From the NCBI GenBank assembly GCA_039111275.1, contig JBCCOH010000003.1, forward strand, positions 27,066 through 91,065: 64,000 bases of DNA, read 5' to 3'. The translations under genes were made by a program, and so were the position numbers. The notes beneath the pieces are model-generated. The model made no database searches. It was not told the origin of the DNA and saw only the letters and a program-made list of their open reading frames with translations. The DNA is from Cyanobacteria bacterium P01_D01_bin.1. GTDB lineage: Bacteria > Cyanobacteriota > Cyanobacteriia > Phormidesmidales > Phormidesmidaceae. Positions 49,477-59,785 of the stretch are shown here, in pieces (position 1 is the first letter of the stretch; each line of letters opens with the position of its first letter).

Positions 49477-49638
49477 GATTCACTAGCTAGAATTCGCTAG
49501 TTAGAATCCACTAGTTAGAGTTTTAGGCACGAGTGAATTTTCCATCTTTGAGGTTCTAGCTTTTGCTAGGGCCTCTTTTTGATTGGAGACTCTTGTGAAT
49601 TTGAATTACTATACGTTTCCTCTCTTTATTGTTAATCG

Positions 49639-50733
49639 ATGACTAATTCTTTGCATAAGTTTGGCGATGCTTTTTCGAGGCGACAACAGCCCAATCAAAC
49701 GCTGCGTGCGGACGTTCTAGATGTCTTGGACCAGCTGCCGGAGCTAGAAAACGGAGGGTTGATAGAAGAGATCTTTGAGACGCTAGTACGGATGGCGCAG
49801 CAGAAGGCGGAACGGCTGGACTGGAAGATTTTGAGCCGTTCGCTGCTGGACATGGAGGCAGGATTTCAGGCATTTTATCCCTACAGGCACACGCGCAAGG
49901 TGACGGTCTTTGGCTCGGCCAGAACGCCTAGCGATCGCCCAGAGTATCAGATGGCAGTTGAATTTGCCCGTCGGATCACTCAGGAGGGCTTTATGGTGAT
50001 GACCGGAGCGGGCGGCGGCATTATGCAGGCAGGCAATGAGGGAGCCGGGCGCGATCGCTCTTTTGGCCTAAATATCCAGCTTCCTTTTGAGCAAGGCGCA
50101 AACCCAGCTATCACTGGCGATGACAAGCTGGTGGACTTCAGGTATTTCTTTACTCGCAAGCTGTTCTTTTTGAAAGAAAGTGATGCGATTGCCCTGTTCC
50201 CGGGCGGCTTTGGGACCCAAGACGAAGCCTTCGAATCGCTCACGCTAATCCAAACAGGCAAATCCGCTCCCCTACCCTTAGTGCTAATCGATAGACCCGG
50301 GGGGGACTATTGGAAAAGCTGGGACTATTATCTGCGCAACCGACTGTTAGATCGGGGCCTAATTAGTCCTGACGATACTAGCCTCTATCATTTGACTGAC
50401 AGCATTGACGATGCGATCGACTCAATCGAAGACTTCTACCGGATGTATCACTCCAGCCGATACGTGGATGGTCAGCTCGTGATTCGGCTCAAAGCGCCCT
50501 TATGCGCTGGCGGCATTGACCAGCTAAACGCTGAATTTCATGACATCCTCGTCAAGGGAACCATCCGCGAAGTCTCAGCCTTTCCGGTAGAGCAAGAGGA
50601 TGAAACGGCATCGCTGCCACGGCTGGCACTGTATTTCAACCAGCGTGACCAGGGCCGCCTTCACCAGATGATTCGCTATCTAGGCAAGCTAAGCGTCGCC
50701 TGTGACGCGGTGCAGCATCCTGAGCAAAAGTAG
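49639..50733 (+). CDS. LOG family nucleotide-binding / phosphoribohydrolase
   Basis: VTVFGSAR, TGAGGGIM, FFTRK and PGGFGTQDE. Confidence 0.9.
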   Translation: MTNSLHKFGDAFSRRQQPNQTLRADVLDVLDQLPELENGGLIEEIFETLVRMAQQKAERLDWKILSRSLLDMEAGFQAFYPYRHTRKVTVFGSARTPSDRPEYQMAVEFARRITQEGFMVMTGAGGGIMQAGNEGAGRDRSFGLNIQLPFEQGANPAITGDDKLVDFRYFFTRKLFFLKESDAIALFPGGFGTQDEAFESLTLIQTGKSAPLPLVLIDRPGGDYWKSWDYYLRNRLLDRGLISPDDTSLYHLTDSIDDAIDSIEDFYRMYHSSRYVDGQLVIRLKAPLCAGGIDQLNAEFHDILVKGTIREVSAFPVEQEDETASLPRLALYFNQRDQGRLHQMIRYLGKLSVACDAVQHPEQK

Positions 50734-50789
50734 ATTGTGGTAGGGCGGAGGCTATATGAGGCTATAGGATTAAGCTTACAGAACCGAGT

Positions 50790-52286
50790 CTAGAGACCCT
50801 GCTGTAGGTGGAGCAGAATGCCTCTGGCGATCGCGACCGACATTCGCTCGCGCCAAGCTGGATTGGCTAGATTCGGCGCGTCTTCTGCGCCCGTGACAAA
50901 CCCGGTTTCAACCAAGATAGCGGGCATAGAGGTATTGCGAATCACGTAGAAGCGAGCGCTGCGAACCCGGCGATCACGCATTCCCATTTCTGCTAGCACG
51001 CTGGCATGGACCGTGTTGGCCAATCTCTGACCAGCTGCTGAGGCATAGAACGTTTCTAGACCGTTCACGTCAGGGCGACTCATGCTAATGGCATTGGCGT
51101 GAATGCTGACAAAAATAGTCGCGTTTGCCCGTTCAGCAATTTGTACCCGTGGGGCGAGATCTAGCTCGTAGTCGCTATCTCTGGTGAGGACGACATTGAC
51201 GCCTTGTGATCGCAAGAGAGCAGCCACCTGTGGCGTCACATCGTTGACAACCTGCTTTTCTTGTAGGCCACCGATTCCAACCGCGCCTGGATCGCGGCCG
51301 CCATGGCCTGGATCTAGGACGACGGTAAAGCGCCCGTTTGGAACTGTTGGCAGCGCATTCGGATCGACCTGTTCTGCTTGCCGGTTGGCCGTTGCTAGCG
51401 TCGAGGCATAAGCCTCGGTAGTGCCTGCCGGGTTGCCGTTGTCTGGCACGCTGGTGATGGCCACATCTTTTGGCAGCACGGTGATACCACCTTCATGCGC
51501 GGCAATATCCCAGTCGGGACTATCCTCGCCGAGTGCCAAGGTGATTCTGGCCCTTGCTGGCTGTGTTGAGGTCTGCTCGACCTGCCACTGGTCAATACTG
51601 TAGCGATCAACTGGCAGACGCCCCGCTGTCAGTCCTAGCGACACGGCTGCTTGGTCTAGTTCTAATGCGATGTAGTTTTGTCCACTCTCACTGAAGCGAT
51701 TGACTTCTACCTGCGCTGTTTCGCCAGCGGTGCGAATAAAGAAGCCATCTACTGTCGCGACAATGCCCTGAATACGAGTACGCGCCCCCTGAACCGGACG
51801 GTTGCTGACTGTATTACTTCTAGCTTCTAGATTAGGCGCTTCTGAACTGGACGGTTCTGAATTGGGCGTGGCTTGTGAGTTATTGAGCGCCAGGTTCGTC
51901 GCTTCTGGTAGCTGCACCGTCCACCGACGCGAGCTTTGACCGCGGACCTGGACCTGACTCGGGTTGACGGTGTATCCAGGTTCGTATTCTACGACTAGTC
52001 GAGCAGTCTCGGCATCTAGCCGAATAGTGCGAACTTCTTTGATCGCAGGGCCTGCTATCGTTTGGTTCTGCGCTGCTTCGAGCGTAGTTCCCGGCAGGTC
52101 AATCACCAGCCGAGTTGGGTTGGACAGCAGCTGAGCAGTCGGCTGAATGTCGTCGTCGGTGGTGAAGGTTAGCTGATTTGCTTGCGAACTAAATTGCCAG
52201 GACTGCAGCCTAGCTGCTTCTGAGGGTAGGGCTATAAGTAGTGCCCCCATCAGAGACAGCCCAGGTAGTAGACGATTCAATCGCAC
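50790..52286 (-). CDS. amiC: N-acetylmuramoyl-L-alanine amidase (AMIN plus Amidase_3)
   Basis: Signal peptide, AMIN (NPTRLVIDLPG), VVLDPGHGG, SIHANA and ILVETGF. Confidence 0.92.
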   Translation of the reverse strand: MRLNRLLPGLSLMGALLIALPSEAARLQSWQFSSQANQLTFTTDDDIQPTAQLLSNPTRLVIDLPGTTLEAAQNQTIAGPAIKEVRTIRLDAETARLVVEYEPGYTVNPSQVQVRGQSSRRWTVQLPEATNLALNNSQATPNSEPSSSEAPNLEARSNTVSNRPVQGARTRIQGIVATVDGFFIRTAGETAQVEVNRFSESGQNYIALELDQAAVSLGLTAGRLPVDRYSIDQWQVEQTSTQPARARITLALGEDSPDWDIAAHEGGITVLPKDVAITSVPDNGNPAGTTEAYASTLATANRQAEQVDPNALPTVPNGRFTVVLDPGHGGRDPGAVGIGGLQEKQVVNDVTPQVAALLRSQGVNVVLTRDSDYELDLAPRVQIAERANATIFVSIHANAISMSRPDVNGLETFYASAAGQRLANTVHASVLAEMGMRDRRVRSARFYVIRNTSMPAILVETGFVTGAEDAPNLANPAWRERMSVAIARGILLHLQQGL

Positions 52287-52731
52287 AGTCTAGATCCTCG
52301 ATACCGGATAAATTCACTAAAGGTGTTTTTATGGGTTTAGCCAGCGAGCGCCGCGAATGCCGCGTTCACAGGACTGAACCGTAGAAAGAAGCGCTCAAAG
52401 CTATAGATACTGTGAAGGTTTGTTGGCACTTTGTAAATCTAAGCCCCTCGATCTCTACATCTAGTTCTGTAGGTTTCAGGTCTTAAACTGCCCGGTTCAT
52501 GGATTCACACAACAACTTAATCTGTTTTATAAGTAATTCTTCTAGGCTTTTTCTAAGTGTTTCTCGCTAGGAGCGATGTAGCACTTTTGTATCCTACTGC
52601 GTAGTTCAACGGACAAAATTAGCCGTGTACAAAGATTGCGATAATCTTCAAGCTTTGCTTTAAGTTCTGCTTTCAAACTACCCTCGCGCTTTCAAACTCC
52701 GCTGCCTGAACGTCTACAGGCCCAAGTTATT

Positions 52732-54108
52732 TTACAGAGAGGATTTAACGGGTAGTTTCGCTTGAATGAGGACGTCATCAGGGAGCGATTTGGGGACTGC
52801 CGCTGTTAGGATTTCATGGCCAGTTTCAGTGACCAGCACGTCGTCTTCTATACGAATACCAATGCCTTTCCAGCGATCCTCAATCTGAGGCTGCGGATAT
52901 TTTTCTTCTTTGCCTTCCTCTTTTGGCTCGTTGTCGGGTTCGTAGTCTGGCGGAATGTAGATGCCGGGTTCTACGGTGACGATATTACCGGGGACAAATG
53001 GCTTCCAGGTTTTGTCAGGATTGCGTAGGATGCCTGCGTCATGTACATCTAGACCTAGGAAATGTCCCGTCCCATGCATGAAGAAGGCTTTGTGCTTTTT
53101 AGCCTCAATTAGCTCATCGACATTGCCTTCTAGTAAGCCGAGTTCGACTAGTCCTGCTGTGATGGTCTTGGTAGCGGCATCGTGGAAGGCATTGAAAGGT
53201 AGGCCCGGTTGAACCTGCTCGATAGCGGCAAGCTGCGCTTCTAGAACGAGATCGTAGAGAATTTTCTGCTCTTGGGAGATGCGATCGCCCACCGGAAACG
53301 TTCGAGTAATATCCGCGTTGTAATAGTCATAGGCGCAGCCTGCGTCAATTAGCAGCAGATCGCCTTCTTTGAGCACCTGATTATTCTCGACATAGTGCAA
53401 AATGCAGGCGTTCTCACCACTGGCCACAATCGACGGATAGGCCGGACCTAGTGCGCCGCGCTTGCGAAAGACGTTTTCAATCGTAGCTTGCACTTCGTAT
53501 TCGTAGACGCCAGGGCGCGCCATGTCTTTGGCGACCTGATGGGCTTCTGCGCTGATGGCGATCGCCTGTCGAATCTTCTCAACCTCAGCGGGTGTCTTTA
53601 TCCGGCGAAACTGCTGCATTAATAGCTTCGAATCGGCGATCGCTGCTGGGCCTTTCCCCTTTTTGGTCATCTTTCTTAGCAGGTTCTGCCACAGACGGAC
53701 GATGCGATTGTTGAAAGCCTGGTCGTTGCCAAAGTGGTAGTAAAGCTGGGGCGCTGGTTGAACATACTCGATTAGCTTTTCATCTAGGTCTGCAATCGAG
53801 TAGGCTTCGTCAGCGCCGTATTTTTCTTTGGCTGCCTCTACACCAGTACGAAGGCCGCTCCAGGTCTCAGCTTCTTTGTCTTTGGGCCTGACAAAGAGGA
53901 CGAACTTGTGCTTTTCGTGAGCGGGAGTGAGTAGGGCAACTGCATCAGGCTCATTAAAACCCGTGAGGTAGAAGAAGTCACTGTCTTGCCGGAACAAATG
54001 ATCGACATCGTTGTGCATGACAGCAGTCGGCGCACTACAAAAAATAGCTGTGCTCTGACCAATTGCCTCAAGCACAGCCTGCCGCCGCTGATAATACTCA
54101 CTCTGCAT
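52732..54108 (-). CDS. pepP: Xaa-Pro aminopeptidase P
   Basis: FRQDSDFFYLTG, LIDAG, DITRTFP, HGTGH.LGLDVHD, TVEPGIY and GIRIEDD. ATG at 54108 preferred. Confidence 0.95.
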   Translation of the reverse strand: MQSEYYQRRQAVLEAIGQSTAIFCSAPTAVMHNDVDHLFRQDSDFFYLTGFNEPDAVALLTPAHEKHKFVLFVRPKDKEAETWSGLRTGVEAAKEKYGADEAYSIADLDEKLIEYVQPAPQLYYHFGNDQAFNNRIVRLWQNLLRKMTKKGKGPAAIADSKLLMQQFRRIKTPAEVEKIRQAIAISAEAHQVAKDMARPGVYEYEVQATIENVFRKRGALGPAYPSIVASGENACILHYVENNQVLKEGDLLLIDAGCAYDYYNADITRTFPVGDRISQEQKILYDLVLEAQLAAIEQVQPGLPFNAFHDAATKTITAGLVELGLLEGNVDELIEAKKHKAFFMHGTGHFLGLDVHDAGILRNPDKTWKPFVPGNIVTVEPGIYIPPDYEPDNEPKEEGKEEKYPQPQIEDRWKGIGIRIEDDVLVTETGHEILTAAVPKSLPDDVLIQAKLPVKSSL

Positions 54109-54188
54109 AGATTCGTGACGCTCTACTTTTAGACGTTCTTCTAGACGTTCTTTGAAAGGATTACGCAAGCTAACCTGCTATCCAAACT

Positions 54189-54968
54189 CTAAAAAGCATA
54201 GCTCAAAACCTCGATCCGCATGCCGCTGCTAGGTAGAGCACTAGGGGTAATAGAGAACGTGTTGTCGCCTCTTGTCACAGGTACATCTGACATCAGCGCA
54301 ATGAAATCTTCTACCCCGACCAAATCGCAGGCATCATCCGCCGCTTGAGTGCGGTAGTGAGTTGGAATAATGATCTTGGGATTGAGCGAATCTACTGCTG
54401 CAACTGCCTCTTCTGGTCCGTAGGCTTTTGGCCCCCCACCAACTGGTAACAGCAGCACATCCGGGCGACCCAGCAAAATCTTGTCTTCGATCGCAATTGG
54501 CGCAGCGGCTCCACCCAAATGCACTACGTTAACGCCTGCTTGATTCCATGCCCAAGCGACATTAGTGCCGAAACGCCGTCCGCCCATTCGGTCGTGCGGC
54601 ATGCTGATGCCTTGCACTTCTAGCGTACCGACTGAATAGTCTCCTGGTTCTTCTATCAGCAGCGTATCGTTGTAGTCATCAGTCACAAAGCCCTCATCAA
54701 ACATCAGGCTACTAATTAGGACGACATCGGTGCTTACTTCGGGTTCGGTATATCCGGCTGTGCAGCCAATTGCCTTGAATGGATTGACCAGAACCCGCTT
54801 GCCGCCACCTGCAAACAAAAAAGCAGTATGGCCCAGCGCTGTAATCGTAAGGGGGCCGATCTGAGTCGTCTGAGCTTGACTAGTCTGATACCTCGAAGCT
54901 ATCCCCAGTCCAACGGTCCCCAAGAATCCCGCGCTTGCGTACTTTAGAAGGTCTCGCCGATTCATCAT
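54189..54968 (-). CDS. Tat-exported metallo-beta-lactamase-fold protein
   Basis: N-terminal NRRDLLK..(hydrophobic) twin-Arg signal; LGHTAF, VVHLG, DVLLLPVGG and IIPTHY. Confidence 0.82.
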   Translation of the reverse strand: MMNRRDLLKYASAGFLGTVGLGIASRYQTSQAQTTQIGPLTITALGHTAFLFAGGGKRVLVNPFKAIGCTAGYTEPEVSTDVVLISSLMFDEGFVTDDYNDTLLIEEPGDYSVGTLEVQGISMPHDRMGGRRFGTNVAWAWNQAGVNVVHLGGAAAPIAIEDKILLGRPDVLLLPVGGGPKAYGPEEAVAAVDSLNPKIIIPTHYRTQAADDACDLVGVEDFIALMSDVPVTRGDNTFSITPSALPSSGMRIEVLSYAF

Positions 54969-55076
54969 TATCCTTTTTCAATTTCCAAGACTATCTTCAA
55001 TCCTGCCGCATGTTGTGACTAAGCACACAGAACAGCTAGGACAGTTTGTAAGAGTGGGCAAACAAGAACAGCGCCG

Positions 55077-55667
55077 CTAGCCAACGTCTTTTAAGAAGTT
55101 TCTAAGTAGATCTTTGCCCGATTCTGTCAGAACGCTTTCCGGATGAAACTGCACCCCCTGAATGTGAGGGTAGTCGCGGTGGCGAACACCCATGATAGTG
55201 CCGTCTTCTACCCAAGCCGTGACTTCTAGAACATCGGGGCAGGTGGCTGGGTCAATCACGAGACTATGGTAGCGAGTTGCAATCAGCGGATCTGATAATC
55301 CCGCAAAGACGCCCTTATTGTTGTGCCGAACCGGAGAGGTTTTGCCGTGCATCAGCTCCGTTGCACCGATCACATCGCCGCCGTAGACCTGGCCAATACT
55401 CTGGTGACCTAAGCACACACCTAGGATCGGTAGCTGGGGTCCGAGTTGCTCAATGATTTGCAATGAAATGCCCGCATCGTTTGGCGTGCCCGGGCCGGGA
55501 GAGATGACAATGCCATCTGGCTGCTTGGCGACAATTTCTTCTAGGGTGATTTGGTCATTGCGAAAAACTTCTATCTCGTTAGCAACTGCCAAAGTGTGGC
55601 CTAGCTCACCTAGGTACTGGACCAGGTTGTAGGTAAAGCTGTCGTAGTTGTCGATAACGAGAATCAT
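55077..55667 (-). CDS. trpG: anthranilate synthase / ADC synthase component II (glutamine amidotransferase)
   Basis: [23 protein letters not shown] and QFHPES. ATG at 55667. Confidence 0.93.
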   Translation of the reverse strand: MILVIDNYDSFTYNLVQYLGELGHTLAVANEIEVFRNDQITLEEIVAKQPDGIVISPGPGTPNDAGISLQIIEQLGPQLPILGVCLGHQSIGQVYGGDVIGATELMHGKTSPVRHNNKGVFAGLSDPLIATRYHSLVIDPATCPDVLEVTAWVEDGTIMGVRHRDYPHIQGVQFHPESVLTESGKDLLRNFLKDVG

Positions 55668-55683
55668 GGCAGCAAACTTCAAA

Positions 55684-56328
55684 CTAGATCGACAGTATAG
55701 AAGAAATGAAAGGACTTAGAATAGCCCAAAGCGGCGGGGCAAAAATCAGCATAGCGATCAGCAGTGCCACGATTGCTGCCATCAAAACGGCGCCAGCAGC
55801 GCAGTCTTTGGCGATTTTGGCAAGGTCGTGATAGGCCTGTCCGACGGTTAGATCAACCAGCGATTCTAGGGCTGTATTGAGGATTTCCATCACCAAGACA
55901 GCACCGATCGTCAGGCAGATGATGGCAATTTCTAGGTTGCTGACTTTGAAGAGCCAGCAGAGGACCATGGCGAGAGAGCCAACGGCTGTGTGAATTCTAA
56001 AGTTGCGCTGAGTTTGGAACGCGTAGCTGATACCTGCCCAGGCGTATCGAAAGCTGGAGAAGAGATTGGGGGCTACCTGCCAAGATTGCGATCGCTTTTC
56101 TTCTACTAGCTCTTCTTCTAGCTCTACTGCTTCTAGCTGATCCTCTTTATCTACTTGCGCTATCTCTTTTTCTACCGTTGGCGCTAGCTTGAGACCGTCT
56201 TTCTCCTCGAGACTTGGCTTGCTGTCTACTTCTACGCTGCCTATCTGCGCCTCTATTTTCGTACCGGCCTTCGGGCTAGGTGGCAATACCTCTGCTGAGC
56301 GAGAGACCTGACTATCACTTGAGAACAT
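55684..56328 (-). CDS. dgkA: prokaryotic diacylglycerol kinase with acidic N-terminal extension
   Basis: [25 protein letters not shown] and [12 protein letters not shown]. Confidence 0.92.
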   Translation of the reverse strand: MFSSDSQVSRSAEVLPPSPKAGTKIEAQIGSVEVDSKPSLEEKDGLKLAPTVEKEIAQVDKEDQLEAVELEEELVEEKRSQSWQVAPNLFSSFRYAWAGISYAFQTQRNFRIHTAVGSLAMVLCWLFKVSNLEIAIICLTIGAVLVMEILNTALESLVDLTVGQAYHDLAKIAKDCAAGAVLMAAIVALLIAMLIFAPPLWAILSPFISSILSI

Positions 56329-56508
56329 AGTTCGCTAGGCACTTAGCTTTGTATGACGATGGTTGTAGCTTTTGAGTAGGCTGCAAGCTAACTGCAAATG
56401 GTCATAGTCTCTGACCTGTAGCTACTGGCCTGTAGTTGCTGCTCTGTAGTTATAGAACTTAATCAATACCTACATCAAGATGCTTTGGCCTGGGTTAGAC
56501 AATCGCGC

Positions 56509-57021
56509 TCAAGATATCAGGTTCAGCAGTTGGGTTTGCTGACTAAGCATTCGTGTCAAGCTGCTCTGATCTGGATGATCCCAGCCTAGTAGGTGCAGCA
56601 GCCCGTGGGCCGAGAGCCAGGCCAGTTCTTTTTCTAGAGAATGCTGACTCTCTAGTGCCTGACGGGCTGCGGTCTCGGCAGAGATGATTATGTCGCCTAG
56701 GTAGACAGGCTGCGTTTGATAAATGCTGTCTGCTTGAGGTAGCTCTGTTTCTAGCGCGGCGAAAGAGAGCACGTCGGTGGGTTTATTCTGTTGACGAAAG
56801 TCGGCGTTGAGCTGTTGAATTTCGGCGTCGGTGGTCAAGCGTAAGCTGAGCTCGTAGGCGTTAAGTGGTGAGAGCTGCGGATTTAGTTCGGTGAGCCAGG
56901 TTTGAAACCAAGTTTCGTATTGGGCGATCGCAACTCCAGTTTTTGCGATCACCCCAGACAAAGCACTACCGTCTACAAAAGTTTCGACCTGCACAGCCTG
57001 AGCCGTCTTGCCTGCTGCCAT
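56509..57021 (-). CDS. ybeY: rRNA maturation endoribonuclease
   Basis: LNADFR..NKPTDVLSF, LGDIIIS and HGLLHLLGWDH. Confidence 0.96.
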   Translation of the reverse strand: MAAGKTAQAVQVETFVDGSALSGVIAKTGVAIAQYETWFQTWLTELNPQLSPLNAYELSLRLTTDAEIQQLNADFRQQNKPTDVLSFAALETELPQADSIYQTQPVYLGDIIISAETAARQALESQHSLEKELAWLSAHGLLHLLGWDHPDQSSLTRMLSQQTQLLNLIS

Positions 57022-57072
57022 CTATCTACTCTTTGCCATCTACTGTCTTTACCCTCTACTGTCTAGTCGTCC

Positions 57073-57279
57073 CTAGCGCGTTAGGTAAGCCAGCCCAATT
57101 AAAAGTCCTAATAATCCTACAAAAGAAAGAAAGAAGTGATAGAGCGACTTGCCTCCTTTTTTGACCATGTTGCGCATCGCTAGCTTGACAAAACTAGGCG
57201 CTGGCTCGTTAAGTGAGGCGGAAGACTGGCTAGCGGATGGCTCTGAAACAGTCGCTGTGGCTGATTTGTCTGTACTCAT
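57073..57279 (-). CDS. DUF3285-type small membrane protein
   Basis: PSFVKLAMRNMV.KG..SL.HF.L...GLLG.LIGLAYLTR, located between prfB and ybeY. Confidence 0.88.
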   Translation of the reverse strand: MSTDKSATATVSEPSASQSSASLNEPAPSFVKLAMRNMVKKGGKSLYHFFLSFVGLLGLLIGLAYLTR

Positions 57280-57370
57280 GATGCTGATTGCTGGATTTAT
57301 CCTCCAGCTTAATAGTTTTTGGGCGGCTTCGATTGGAACGGCAAGCTATTAAGGACTGTCAGAAAGTGCG

Positions 57371-58496
57371 CTAAACGACGCTCTCTTCTAGCATCTGGTT
57401 TTCTTGCCGCAAATACGCCTGGATGAAGGCTTCTAGATCGCCGTTCATCACATCGTCGACAGCGGTGGTCTCTATGCTAGTGCGCAGATCTTTGACCATC
57501 TGGTAAGGGTGAAAGACGTAGTTGCGAATCTGATTGCCCCAGGCCGCTTCTACCATGTCACCGCGAATGTCAGCGATCGCCTGCGTCCGCTGCTCTTGGG
57601 CGATGACAAGTAGCTTAGAGGTAAGCAGGGCCATCGCTTTTTCCTTGTTTTGGAGCTGCGATCGCTCCTGTGTACAGCGCACCGAAATTCCCGTCGGCAA
57701 ATGCGTAATCCGCACTGCCGTTTCCACCTTGTTCACGTTCTGGCCACCTGCCCCGCCAGAGCGCGACGTCTTCACCTCTAGATCCTTATCAGGAATATCT
57801 AGCTCTACTTTTTCGTTGAGAATTGGCATCACTTCAACGCCCGCAAAGCTCGTCTGCCGCTTACCGTTGGCATTAAAAGGTGAAATCCTCACCAGTCTGT
57901 GAGTGCCTTTCTCTCCTTTCAGGTAGCCATAGGCATAGCGACCATGGATCTCCATCGTGGCAGACTTAAGTCCGGCCTCATCACCATCTGACTTCTCAAT
58001 CAGCTTGAAAGTATATCCATTTTGCTCGCTCCATCGGGTGTACATCCGCAGCAGCATCTCTGCCCAGTCTTGAGCATCGGTGCCACCCGCCCCTGCATTA
58101 ATAGATAGGACCGCGCCCTCTTTGTCATAGGGCGCAGAGAGCAACTGCTGAAGCTCCCACTGATCTAGCTCTTTGCTAAGTCTTGTAACGGTGGATTCGG
58201 CCTCTGAAAGTAGTGATTCGTCCTGTTCAAGCTCTAGCAGTTCTAGAATCGCAGCGGAGTCTCCTAGGCTAGTTGACCAGCCCTCTACCTGGTCGAGGTT
58301 TGACTTGTAGTCGTTGAGTTCTTGAAGATGCTTTTGGGCGCTCTCTTGCTCGTCCCAAAAGTCTGGCTGAGCGGATAGCTGCTCTAGGTCTTGAATCTTC
58401 GCGGTCAGCGCAGGGATGTCAAAGGTATTCCTGAGCTTTGCCCAGGCGATCAGAGAGCGTTTCTAACTCTCGCTTCAGCGTAACGGTATCAAACAT
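57371..58496 (-). CDS. prfB: peptide chain release factor 2, programmed +1 frameshift after codon 25
   Basis: ATG at 58496, [32 protein letters not shown] at 58424-58418. The +1 frame from 58420 (DIPAL...) is open to 57371 and contains SPF and GGQ. Confidence 0.96.
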
Positions 58497-58586
58497 GTTT
58501 ACGAGGTCAATAGAGTCGAGGTCTTATTCTTGCTCTTTGCCTCTATGAAAATACGACAGGAGCAAGAATAAGACGGTCTCGGTAGT

Positions 58587-59315
58587 TTAGTCTCTACCGT
58601 TGATAGCGATCAACAGTCGAAGGATAAAGACGAACAGGTTGATATATGTCAGGTACATCGACAGCGCTGCGGGTATCGCCTGGTCATCGCTATATGTGCG
58701 CGGTAGAACGAAAAAGTCAACAACCGCCGCGCCGACAAATAGTAAAACGCCAATAGCCGAGATAGCAATCTCTAGGAAGTTAGGTGCATAGACCCCAAAG
58801 AAGCTAAAGACAAACTGACCGACGATCACAACTAGCAAAGCCATGATGCCAAGTTGAACTGTCTTGGTTAGCGCCATGCCGTCCTCTTCGGATAGGTTGG
58901 AGCCAATCGGACGAGCGGCAATAAAGGTGAGTCCGCAGGCTAACGCTGCAAATCCCACCCCCTGAATGCCAACGCCGCTACTCTGTAGGGCTACGGAGAC
59001 TAACCCACTGAGGGTATAGCCAGAGAGCAGGCTATAGGTGGCAAGCAGCGGCAGTGCGACGCCATTATTGCCTTTCATCGCGACGCTGCGAGCGACGAAG
59101 AATAAAGCTAGCTCAGCGATAATAGCGACAAAGAAAGTCGGCATGAACAAACCAGGGTTTGTTCTAAGCACATTGAGTCCGCCGAAAGTTCCGGCAGCTG
59201 TCAAGATTAGACCACCGCCAACGTAAGGCAGTGCGTTCGCGATCACGTTAGGGCCGACTATCGATTGGCTTTTGGCCGAACGGATAGCCTCGCGGAAGTT
59301 GCTGGTGTTGCTCAT
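58587..59315 (-). CDS. Bax inhibitor-1/YccA family membrane protein
   Basis: About seven TM helices and C-terminal AALSMYLTYINLF..ILRLL. Confidence 0.9.
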   Translation of the reverse strand: MSNTSNFREAIRSAKSQSIVGPNVIANALPYVGGGLILTAAGTFGGLNVLRTNPGLFMPTFFVAIIAELALFFVARSVAMKGNNGVALPLLATYSLLSGYTLSGLVSVALQSSGVGIQGVGFAALACGLTFIAARPIGSNLSEEDGMALTKTVQLGIMALLVVIVGQFVFSFFGVYAPNFLEIAISAIGVLLFVGAAVVDFFVLPRTYSDDQAIPAALSMYLTYINLFVFILRLLIAINGRD

Positions 59316-59785
59316 AAGGAGGTTTTCAGTTCCTACATATCTACATATAAGAGTGTACTGAATTCCTCAAAATCTGACGATTACGGATTCCTTCCTAACA
59401 GTTTGAAAGGCTTTTTATTGAACGGCATTTGGTAATCACCACAGCTAGGAGCTGTTCAAAAAAAGGCACTATTTCCGTATAAATCCGGGGTAGAAAATGT
59501 GCGTTTCTAAAGACATTGGGAAGATGTCCAGGATGTTGTACACGAAGTGAAACATTAGCGTAATTATTCGTAGGTCTTTTTGCGAAAGCCTGAACCTGTT
59601 GTCCATCAATGAACTGAGCATTTCTGAAGAGCCTACTCATCGAGGGTTTTGCGTGTATCTGCCTACGGTTTAATTTGACGGTTTACACGACTACCGTGTT
59701 TCAACGATGGTTTGAAATGAGCCGCTTCCCGAGAATGAATTTAATTCACGCAATCTGCTTCGACGCAGTTATTACTGCATTTAAT

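Noticed and set aside
59675-59785. Long N-terminal extensions offered by the ORF track (sigF here; likewise crtB, GT39, hisG, pepP)
   Set aside because: The extensions lack family similarity, and downstream ATGs match the usual protein starts.
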